From an uncultured Methylophilaceae bacterium (GTDB lineage: Bacteria > Pseudomonadota > Gammaproteobacteria > Burkholderiales > Methylophilaceae), in NCBI GenBank assembly GCA_903863255.1, contig CAIPBJ010000093.1:60654-124653 (forward strand): a stretch of DNA of 64,000 bases, written 5' to 3'. Below are positions 56,741 to 64,000 of the stretch, one piece after another. The position numbers and the translations under genes were made by a program. Each line of letters opens with the position of its first letter. The stretch's first letter is position 1. A model generated the notes under the pieces. It had not been told where the DNA came from. It was given only the letters and a program-made list of their open reading frames with translations, and made no database searches.

Positions 56741-58243
56741 ATGGAATTTAGCATAAAAAATGGAAAAGCGGAAAAACTACATAATGATTGTGTGATTGTT
56801 GGGGTCTATGAGGGGGAGAAATTATCGGACAGTGCTTCGGCGATTGATCAGGCATCCTCAGGGTACCTTTCAGAAATAATCAAGCGAGGTGATATGGACG
56901 GCAAGGTTGGCACGTCGCTTTTGTTACACAAGGTGCCGGGAATTAAGAGTGAGCGAGTGCTTTTAGTTGGTTTGGGTAAAGAGCGAGAGTTTAAAGAATC
57001 AGATTACCGCCAAGTGGTTGGTGTTGCCGTAAAAAGCCTAGCAAAAATAGGTGCAAGTGACGTGGCGTGTTTTTTACCTGAGTTGCAGGTAAAAAAGAAA
57101 CCTGTTGATTGGAAAGTCATTCAGTTGGTTCAAGTTGCAAATGATATGGTTTATCGTTTTGACCAAATGAAAGGAAAAAAAGTAAAAGAAGGTAAAGCGC
57201 CCAAGCAAGGTATCAAGTCACTTGAGATCCAAGTATCGTCAAAAGACGACATTAAGCCGGCAGAAGCAGCGCTTAAATATGGGATGGCACTTTCATCTGG
57301 GGTGAAATTAGCAAAAGACCTTGGTAATCTTCCTCCCAATATCTGCACCCCCACCTACCTTGCTGAACAAGCCTTGGAGTTAAAGCAAACATATGGTTTG
57401 CAAGTGGAAGTCTTGGAACGAGAAGAGTTGCAGAAATTAGGTATGGGCTCTTTTCTTGGAGTGGCGCAAGGAAGCGTTCAGCCTCCTAAATTTATTATTA
57501 TTCAGCACAACAAAGGAAAGAAAGGTCAAAAGCCAGTTGTTCTTGTTGGCAAGGGAATTACTTTCGATACGGGAGGGATTTCTTTGAAGCCCGGTGCCGA
57601 GATGGATGAAATGAAATATGACATGTGCGGTGCAGCGAGTGTTCTTGGCGCTCTGAAAGTTGTGGCTGAGATGGATCTGCCTCTTAATGTAGTGGGGATT
57701 GTCCCTACATGTGAAAATATGCCTGATGGCAACGCCATTCGTCCAGGAGATGTATTGACCAGTATGTCCGGTCAAACTATTGAGGTGCTAAACACCGATG
57801 CCGAAGGTCGACTGATATTATGCGATGCGTTAACCTATGCTGAGCGTTTTAACCCATTGGCTGTGATTGATATAGCCACTCTGACCGGAGCTTGTGTGAT
57901 TGCGCTTGGCAATCATGCAAGCGGCCTCTTTAGTAATAAAGATGCTTTAGCTAAGTCATTGTTGCAGGCGGGTGAAGATGCATTCGATCGTGCTTGGCAT
58001 ATGCCGCTTTGGGAAGATTATCAATCTCAGCTGGATAGCAATTTCGCAGATATGGCTAATATTGGTGGACGCGCTGCCGGAAGCATTACTGCAGCTTGTT
58101 TCTTATCAAGATTTGCTAAGAAATATGAGTGGGCGCATCTTGATATCGCAGGAACAGCCTGGAAATCAGGAAAAGAAAAAGGTTCTACAGGAAGGCCAGT
58201 TCCTTTATTGACAGCGTTTCTGGTTCAGCTAGCTAAAAAATGA
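56741..58243 (+). CDS. pepA: Leucyl aminopeptidase (M17)
   Basis: GKGITFDTGGISLKP and NTDAEGRLILCDAL signatures; 500 aa. Confidence 0.95.
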   Translation: MEFSIKNGKAEKLHNDCVIVGVYEGEKLSDSASAIDQASSGYLSEIIKRGDMDGKVGTSLLLHKVPGIKSERVLLVGLGKEREFKESDYRQVVGVAVKSLAKIGASDVACFLPELQVKKKPVDWKVIQLVQVANDMVYRFDQMKGKKVKEGKAPKQGIKSLEIQVSSKDDIKPAEAALKYGMALSSGVKLAKDLGNLPPNICTPTYLAEQALELKQTYGLQVEVLEREELQKLGMGSFLGVAQGSVQPPKFIIIQHNKGKKGQKPVVLVGKGITFDTGGISLKPGAEMDEMKYDMCGAASVLGALKVVAEMDLPLNVVGIVPTCENMPDGNAIRPGDVLTSMSGQTIEVLNTDAEGRLILCDALTYAERFNPLAVIDIATLTGACVIALGNHASGLFSNKDALAKSLLQAGEDAFDRAWHMPLWEDYQSQLDSNFADMANIGGRAAGSITAACFLSRFAKKYEWAHLDIAGTAWKSGKEKGSTGRPVPLLTAFLVQLAKK

Positions 58244-58267
58244 GTTCAATAAATATTACTTATCAAA

Positions 58268-58687
58268 ATGACGCGCGTTGATTTTTTCTTTAATGTTGTA
58301 GATAAAGATGAAAAGATACTCAGTATTGCAGAGAATGTTCTGCAAAGAAAACGCAAGCTAATGGTCTTTGCATCGGACCATGAAGCCGTCAAACGTCTTG
58401 AAAGTTTGATTTGGACCAAGCAGCCACTCAGTTTTTTACCTAACTGCACGGGAGACCATCCTTTAGCTAATTTAACGCCGATTATTTTAGATTGGAGGAT
58501 TGATTATTTGCCTCATGACGATGTTTTAATAAATCTTCATAGTCAACATCCTCCATTTTTTAGTCGATTCAAAAGATTGGTTGAGATTGTCGGCAAAGAA
58601 CAAGAAGACAAATTCCAAGCTAGAGAAAGGTTCAGATTCTACAGAGACCGCGGATATGAGATAAGAACGTTTGATGAGGCAATTTAA
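58268..58687 (+). CDS. holC: DNA polymerase III subunit chi
   Basis: 139 aa. Starts TRVDFFFNV and has LIWT...SFLPN, typical of HolC. It lies directly after pepA as in E. coli. Confidence 0.85.
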   Translation: MTRVDFFFNVVDKDEKILSIAENVLQRKRKLMVFASDHEAVKRLESLIWTKQPLSFLPNCTGDHPLANLTPIILDWRIDYLPHDDVLINLHSQHPPFFSRFKRLVEIVGKEQEDKFQARERFRFYRDRGYEIRTFDEAI

Positions 58688-58735
58688 TAATATGAAATTC
58701 CTGTTAAGGATAAGAATCATTAAAAGGGGGAAAAG

Positions 58736-60115
58736 ATGACCATTGATCATGAAGATATTCCGCTTCTGACAGAAGTCTACGAAAACCAGAAAGACCAATT
58801 TGACTCAGTTAAACTTTCGCCAAGGATGCTGAATGAAATAACAAATCAAATAAAATCTGACATGGCTGAAGAGATATCGAATTTGATCTTACAGAACCTT
58901 AATGATAAGTTCAAAAATGATCTATTAAGTGAAGTTGATTTGAGGCAACAAGAATATCGTAAGCAACTTCTTCAGGAAATAAGAGAATTGAGTGAAGAGA
59001 ATCAGGATGTAAGGAACAATAAACTTAAAGAGGAGATTACATCGGAGATTCAGAAATCATTCCAATCAAATATCGAGATTCTAGAATCTAAAATCAGACA
59101 TGATGCCAACGAGGTTGAAGCACACCTGTCAAAGAAGGTGAAAGATATTTTATCGGATGAATTTTCTAATTCCAGAACATTTACTCCTCAGGAGGTCGAG
59201 GAAGAGATTAGGAAAAATATTGATGAAGTCGAGGCAAAACTTACTGAGAAAATGAAAGTCAATTTATTGCAGGAAGTGGCTCGGAATCAACACGAAAGTC
59301 AGCGGTATCTCACAAATGTAATCAATCTACATGTGGCTCATGTTAGAAAAGAAGTGGCCGATCAGGTTAAAGCCGATCTCAATCAGGACATTCTTATTAC
59401 CCAGCAGGCAATCGAACAAAGTACGACAAATTTTGTTGATAAGACTAAGGCAGATCTTACGACTGAATTGCCTCGTATGTTTCAAGCGAGTGCGGAATTG
59501 GTACGTCTTGATCTAACTGATCGGTTGGAAAAAATTCAGCGGAGCATTGTTGAGCAAGTTCAAAAAGAGGTAGCTGACCTTTTGCCAGGTATGGAACAAC
59601 TTGCAATTGGTCATGTTAGTTCCATTTTGGTCGAGATGAGGGAAGAGACAATTCAGTTTGTTAGGCAGCATCTTGAACAGCAAGTCGCTAACATTCAGGA
59701 AGAAGGTATGTCCCGCTTGAAAGAAGATCTAAACAAATCTTTACCTGAACTATTTCAAAATACAAGCATAATTGCGAAGGAAGAATATACCTCTCAAGTG
59801 AACGATATTCAAAATCAATCGCTGCATGAGCTGCAATCGAAGCTTACAGAAACGTTACCAAGTATTTATCAAATCGCTTCTGCACAAATTAAAACGGACA
59901 TGACCCAAGAAATGGCAGGTGTTGCCATTAGCATTAAAGATGAGTTCAAAAAAGCTTTGGCAGCGGAGCTTCCAGAGGTGGAAAAAATACTTAATGAGAA
60001 AATCCATTTTGCTCTTGCCGCAGAACTTCCTGTAATGCAAAGGGAGATTGGTGACAAAACAAAGGCCGAAATCGAGGAACTTATCCTTTCTGTTCGATTG
60101 GTACTCCCAAGATAG
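58736..60115 (+). CDS. Uncharacterised acidic repeat / coiled-coil protein
   Basis: 459-aa ORF with no signal peptide or TM segment. About 15 degenerate helical repeats of the type K-x-D-L-x-x-E-L(P). AAAGGGGGAAAAG lies just upstream of the ATG. I recognise no family. Confidence 0.75.
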   Translation: MTIDHEDIPLLTEVYENQKDQFDSVKLSPRMLNEITNQIKSDMAEEISNLILQNLNDKFKNDLLSEVDLRQQEYRKQLLQEIRELSEENQDVRNNKLKEEITSEIQKSFQSNIEILESKIRHDANEVEAHLSKKVKDILSDEFSNSRTFTPQEVEEEIRKNIDEVEAKLTEKMKVNLLQEVARNQHESQRYLTNVINLHVAHVRKEVADQVKADLNQDILITQQAIEQSTTNFVDKTKADLTTELPRMFQASAELVRLDLTDRLEKIQRSIVEQVQKEVADLLPGMEQLAIGHVSSILVEMREETIQFVRQHLEQQVANIQEEGMSRLKEDLNKSLPELFQNTSIIAKEEYTSQVNDIQNQSLHELQSKLTETLPSIYQIASAQIKTDMTQEMAGVAISIKDEFKKALAAELPEVEKILNEKIHFALAAELPVMQREIGDKTKAEIEELILSVRLVLPR

Positions 60116-60119
60116 TCGA

Positions 60120-60491
60120 TTATGAAGATATCAATTCTTGATATTCCTTGTAAGTCATCAGGTTATTGTCTTCTCCTTTAGTCGGCCTGAACTTGAAAAT
60201 CCAGGTTGCCAAAGGTGACTCGTTGATTCTTTCAGGAGTGGATTCTAATATTTGATTCGTTTCTTCAACTACCCCAGTCAAGGGTGCAATCAAATCAGAA
60301 CCGGTTTTGACGGACTCTATTGTTCCACATGGACTGCCCGAATTTAATAATGTTCCAGTTTTTGGCGCATCTACAAAAACAATATCGCCCAGCAAGTCCT
60401 GAGCGTAATCTGTAATTCCTGCAGAGTAGGTTCCATCTTCATTGGGAAGTACCCACATATGTCCTGCTGTGTAAAGGATTTTTTCATTCAT
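60120..60491 (-). CDS. Glycine-cleavage H-protein-like lipoyl carrier (stand-alone)
   Basis: Colinear with E. coli GcvH (GITDYAQDLLGDIVFVD; lipoyl-lysine context ESVKTGSDLIAP). No gcvT or gcvP is adjacent. Confidence 0.85.
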   Translation of the reverse strand: MNEKILYTAGHMWVLPNEDGTYSAGITDYAQDLLGDIVFVDAPKTGTLLNSGSPCGTIESVKTGSDLIAPLTGVVEETNQILESTPERINESPLATWIFKFRPTKGEDNNLMTYKEYQELISS

Positions 60492-60664
60492 TTTAGTAAC
60501 GGCTCATTAATTTATATTAATGATTGCATTCTCGCATATTCCAAGGAAATTACTAAATAGTGACAATTTTGAGAACTTAGCTAAGATATATTTGCTATCC
60601 TAATGACAAACCTTAATATTTTAGTTAGTATTAGCCTAAATTTTGAACTAAGAACACCTTACAA

Positions 60665-61633
60665 ATGATGAAAAAAATCATTTCCATTTCAGTTTTAACG
60701 GCATTGATGCTTGCATCAGTAAACGTGCCTGCCGTTGAAAAGAAAGTAAGTCATAGAATATCTGTAAGGCACCATGTCGTCCATCTTTCGTCCCGTCTGG
60801 ATAATAAAAAGATGCAGTTTGAAAAGGCGAGCTATCATCCTGATAACTATAATGGTATCAATGCTCCAAGATTGTTGTCAGCTAAAGCACTCATTTTGAA
60901 TCAGGCTACAGGTGAAACAGTCTATGCAAAAAACATTGATACGACTTCCCCAATTGCCTCAGTTACCAAGCTGATGACAGCTATGGTCGTTCTGGACGCA
61001 GCACTGCCAATGGATGAGGTCTTGCAAGTTACCCAAGATGATGTCGATACGCTGAAAGGCTCAAGTTCCAAGCTAACCGTTGGCAGTGAGCTTACTCGTG
61101 GTGAATTGCTTCACATGGCGGTCATGTCTTCAGAGAATAGGGCGGCGCATGCAATAGGAAGAAACTATCCAGGAGGAATAGATGCTTTTGTTTCTGCCAT
61201 GAACGCTAAGGCATTTGCTTTGGGGATGATGAACACGCATTTTGTCGACCCTACTGGACTCAATTGTGAGAATGTATCAACTGCTGAAGATTTGAGTAAA
61301 ATGGTGAAGGCTGCTTATACCTACCCACAGATACGACAAGTTAGCACAACTCCATCTCAGGAATTTGTAGTGGCTGGTTATCGGAACCCAGTTAATTTCA
61401 ATAACACTAATATTTTGGTTCGTACGAGCAATGAAGAATGGACGATTGGTCTTTCCAAGACCGGGTACATAAGTGAAGCTGGGCATTGTCTGGTTATGCA
61501 GGCAGAGATTGCAGGTCAGCCGATGATAATTGTTTTGTTGGATTCACAAGGCAAGTTCTCGCGCATTGGGGATGCACAAAGAATACGAAAATGGCTTGAA
61601 AATGCCAACAGCACCTCACACCATGTGGGTTAA
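60665..61633 (+). CDS. pbpG: D-alanyl-D-alanine endopeptidase (PBP7-like, S11 family)
   Basis: Signal peptide plus SVTKLMT (SxxK), SENR (SxN) and KTGY (KTG) motifs. Confidence 0.88.
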   Translation: MMKKIISISVLTALMLASVNVPAVEKKVSHRISVRHHVVHLSSRLDNKKMQFEKASYHPDNYNGINAPRLLSAKALILNQATGETVYAKNIDTTSPIASVTKLMTAMVVLDAALPMDEVLQVTQDDVDTLKGSSSKLTVGSELTRGELLHMAVMSSENRAAHAIGRNYPGGIDAFVSAMNAKAFALGMMNTHFVDPTGLNCENVSTAEDLSKMVKAAYTYPQIRQVSTTPSQEFVVAGYRNPVNFNNTNILVRTSNEEWTIGLSKTGYISEAGHCLVMQAEIAGQPMIIVLLDSQGKFSRIGDAQRIRKWLENANSTSHHVG

Positions 61634-61657
61634 GCAAGCACAAACTAAAACAAGAAG

Positions 61658-61686
61658 AAATGCAGCCTAGAGGCTGCATTTTTTTT
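61658..61686. terminator. Bidirectional rho-independent terminator
   Basis: AAATGCAGCC (61658-61667), TAGA loop, GGCTGCATTT (61672-61681), followed by a T-run to 61686 on plus and a short T-rich tract on minus. It lies between convergent pbpG and gor. Confidence 0.8.
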
Positions 61687-61715
61687 AAATAGCAATAACG
61701 AAGCACACAGGAAAT

Positions 61716-63071
61716 TTAGGCAACGGGTGTTCTCATCGTCACAAATTCTTCTGCAGCAGTAGGATGAATTCCAATTGTACTATCAAAAATCGCTTTAGTT
61801 GCTCCGGCTCGGATTGCAATAGCCATGCCTTGAACTATTTCACCGGCATCTGGACCCACCATGTGCAGACCTATCACCTTGTCGGTACTTTTATGAACGA
61901 TCATTTTCATCATCGTTTTTTCGTCAATTCCGGATAATGTATTCTTCATTGGTTTAAAAACGGATTTAAATATCTTTACGTCCTCTCCAAATTTTGATCG
62001 AGCTAGGACTTCGCTCATCCCAACGGTAGCCACATTAGGTTGACTAAACACGGCAGTTGGAATATTTTCGTAATCAACTACTGTATCCGTTTTCTGGTAT
62101 ACCTTTCCAACAAATGCCATGCCCTCCGCAGTTGCAACTGGCGTCAGGTTGACCCTGTTTGTAACGTCACCTAGCGCGAATATGGAGGATACGTTGGTTT
62201 GGTAATCGTCATTCACAATGATTGCGCCCAGATTGTTGGTTTTCACCCCAACATTTTCCAGACCAAGGTTTTTACTGTTTGGAAGCCGTCCAGTTGCAAA
62301 CATGACCAGGTCCGTTTCAATTAAATTGTCTTCACCATCTAATACTGTAAATAAAGAACCATTTTTTTCAATCTTTTTCACATTGGTGTTTAATTTGAAT
62401 TGAATGCCCTTCTTCGACATTTCTTGCATTAAAAAGTCTCGAATATCTTCATCAAAACCATTTAATATTTTGTCTCCTCGTTCGAGTATTGTTACTTCCA
62501 CTCCTAATCCATTAAGGATGCCTGCAAATTCAACAGCAATATAACCGCCCCCAACAATTACAATTCGGTTAGGTAAATCTTCTAAATTAAAAATATCATT
62601 CGAAGTAATGACATGTTCTTTGCCATCAATATTCGGAATATAAGGCCACCCACCGGTAGCAATCAAGATTCGCTCAGCAGTGAATTTTTTGTGATCGACC
62701 ATAACAGAATGTTGATCAATCAGTGTTCCTCTTCCCTTGATGATTTCAACGCCACTCTTTTGTAATAATCCATCATAGACATTTTGAAGGCGAGAAATTT
62801 CCTTGCTTTTGTTCGCTACGAGGGTTGGCCAATCGAATTCAGGTTGATTAAATTTCCATCCAAATCCAATCGATCCAGTAAATGCCTCTCGAAATTGCGA
62901 GGCATAGACATAAAGTTTTTTCGGTACACAACCTACATTCACGCATGTCCCGCCAAGGTATCGGTCCTCGATAATTGCAACCCGAACGCCAAGTCCAGCT
63001 GCGATTCTTGAAGCACGAACACCGCCAGAACCAGCTCCGATTACCAATAAATCATAGTCATATGAAGCCAT
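61716..63071 (-). CDS. gor: Glutathione-disulfide reductase
   Basis: GAGSGGV, redox-active GGTCVNVGCVPKK, and a C-terminal HPTAAEEFVTMR typical of Gor. Confidence 0.92.
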   Translation of the reverse strand: MASYDYDLLVIGAGSGGVRASRIAAGLGVRVAIIEDRYLGGTCVNVGCVPKKLYVYASQFREAFTGSIGFGWKFNQPEFDWPTLVANKSKEISRLQNVYDGLLQKSGVEIIKGRGTLIDQHSVMVDHKKFTAERILIATGGWPYIPNIDGKEHVITSNDIFNLEDLPNRIVIVGGGYIAVEFAGILNGLGVEVTILERGDKILNGFDEDIRDFLMQEMSKKGIQFKLNTNVKKIEKNGSLFTVLDGEDNLIETDLVMFATGRLPNSKNLGLENVGVKTNNLGAIIVNDDYQTNVSSIFALGDVTNRVNLTPVATAEGMAFVGKVYQKTDTVVDYENIPTAVFSQPNVATVGMSEVLARSKFGEDVKIFKSVFKPMKNTLSGIDEKTMMKMIVHKSTDKVIGLHMVGPDAGEIVQGMAIAIRAGATKAIFDSTIGIHPTAAEEFVTMRTPVA

Positions 63072-63129
63072 AACATTTCTCGTTTAAAATTATCAGTCAA
63101 TTATCCAGAAGGAAATATTTAAATGCTAA

Positions 63130-63155
63130 GTGGCAGTACCGTAAGATACTGCCAC
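63130..63155 (-). terminator. Stem-loop downstream of the peroxiredoxin gene
   Basis: GTGGCAGTA (63130-63138), 8-nt loop, TACTGCCAC (63147-63155). On the minus-strand transcript it is followed by TTAGCATTTAAATATTT, a weak U-tract. Confidence 0.5.
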
Positions 63156-63163
63156 GTTTCTAG

Positions 63164-63691
63164 CTATTTTCCGTCTTTTAAGAAGTTCAGCATTGTATCT
63201 GCATCACTCACTACAAAGGGGTCTTCAGGGTGATTATCACTTTTGCCAGGCTCTTCGAAAATCTGGACAATTTTCTGATCTTCAACGAGCATCGAATACC
63301 GCCATGATCGTAATCCAAAACCCAGATTCTCTTTTTTAACTAGCATGCCCATCATTCGTGTGAAGTCTCCATTGCCATCCGGTAACATTCTTACGTGATT
63401 AACACCCAAATGCTTACTCCACTGGAACATCGTAAATGCGTCGTTCACACTTAAGCAATATACTTCATCAACGCCAAGGTCTTTAAATTCCTTGTATTTT
63501 GCATCATATCCAGGAAGATGAGTGCTAGAACATGTAGGTGTAAAAGCGCCAGGCAGGGCCACAATAACAACTTTTTTTCCTTTAAAAATTTCTTCTGAGG
63601 TTACATCTTGCCAGCGGAATGGATTTTGTCCACCGATACTTTCGTCGCGAACACGAGTCTTAAAAACAATATTTGGCACACTGGTTAACAT
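63164..63691 (-). CDS. Prx5-subfamily peroxiredoxin (glutathione/glutaredoxin-dependent type)
   Basis: LPGAFTPTCS peroxidatic-Cys motif; 175 aa; adjacent to gor. Confidence 0.9.
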   Translation of the reverse strand: MLTSVPNIVFKTRVRDESIGGQNPFRWQDVTSEEIFKGKKVVIVALPGAFTPTCSSTHLPGYDAKYKEFKDLGVDEVYCLSVNDAFTMFQWSKHLGVNHVRMLPDGNGDFTRMMGMLVKKENLGFGLRSWRYSMLVEDQKIVQIFEEPGKSDNHPEDPFVVSDADTMLNFLKDGK

Positions 63692-64000
63692 CTTCGTTCT
63701 CCTTTATTAAGTTTTAATAGGTTGTAATCTTACGGAGCCATTTCTCTTTCCGATCGATTAAACACATGAGCATATTAACGATATTTTGAATTTAAATATA
63801 ATTGATTGTTATTATTGAAGTGATAAGAAAAATTAATCGTTTAGAATTGCGATTGAATATTTTCCGTAAACGCTAGCCGTTCACTTGGTTTACCAGTCAT
63901 TTTTGGATAATAAGATTCAAGACAATCAGTTATACAGCAAACTTCCTCTATCAAGGACACTTGCAAATGTGGAGTATTCGAATGGAATTAAACATGAAAG

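Noticed and set aside
60492-60664. Possible glycine riboswitch upstream of the GcvH-like gene
   Set aside because: The region is very AT-rich and lacks the conserved GGAGAG...ACCGAAGGGGCAA-type cores on the minus strand.
63841-63966. Short minus-strand ORF at the window end (up to 41 aa, contains EEVCCITDC)
   Set aside because: It would need a TTG or GTG start, has no clear ribosome-binding site, and belongs to no family I can name. It is below any size at which I can support coding from sequence alone.
1-64000. CRISPR arrays, IS elements or transposases, tRNA or rRNA genes, toxin-antitoxin pairs, restriction-modification or other known defence genes
   Set aside because: None seen. No direct-repeat arrays, no transposase- or integrase-like ORFs other than xerC, and no intergenic gap other than 35532-35907 is long enough to hide a structured RNA gene of tRNA size with the expected GC-rich stems.

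Overview
AT-rich (roughly 40% GC by eye, not computed), very tightly packed chromosomal core region. Its gene order looks beta-proteobacterial: dapF-yigA(DUF484)-xerC; metK / SAH-riboswitch-ahcY-metF; smg/LysM <-> def-fmt-rsmB-DUF4390-ntrY-ntrX; kdsD-kdsC-lptC-lptA-lptB-rpoN-hpf-hprK-rapZ-PTS(EIIA-Man, HPr, EI); hda-perM <-> purM; PilS/PilR-like system; an ECF sigma module; lptG-lptF <-> pepA-holC; gor-prx. I support about 66 protein genes, one cis-regulatory RNA (an SAH riboswitch hidden inside an ORF-track N-terminal extension), one candidate promoter and several intrinsic-terminator-like hairpins. I see no rRNA, tRNA, CRISPR array, transposase, phage integrase or prophage block, and nothing resembling a known defence island. 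This is housekeeping DNA, so claims of novelty should be modest. The best candidates for undescribed biology are: (i) a 459-aa acidic repeat/coiled-coil protein sitting where valS normally follows pepA-holC; (ii) an orphan soxYZ pair translationally coupled to a BepA-like M48/TPR protease; (iii) two NtrC-family regulators (NtrX and a PilR-like protein) with degenerate ATPase/sigma-54-contact motifs although rpoN in the same window looks intact; (iv) an Asr-like small secreted Ala/Lys/His-rich protein with a 376-bp upstream region; (v) local synteny gaps where dprA and ptsN are expected. Many ORF-track starts are over-extended, and I give the start I consider most likely. All family assignments come from motif and sequence recognition by eye; no searches were run.
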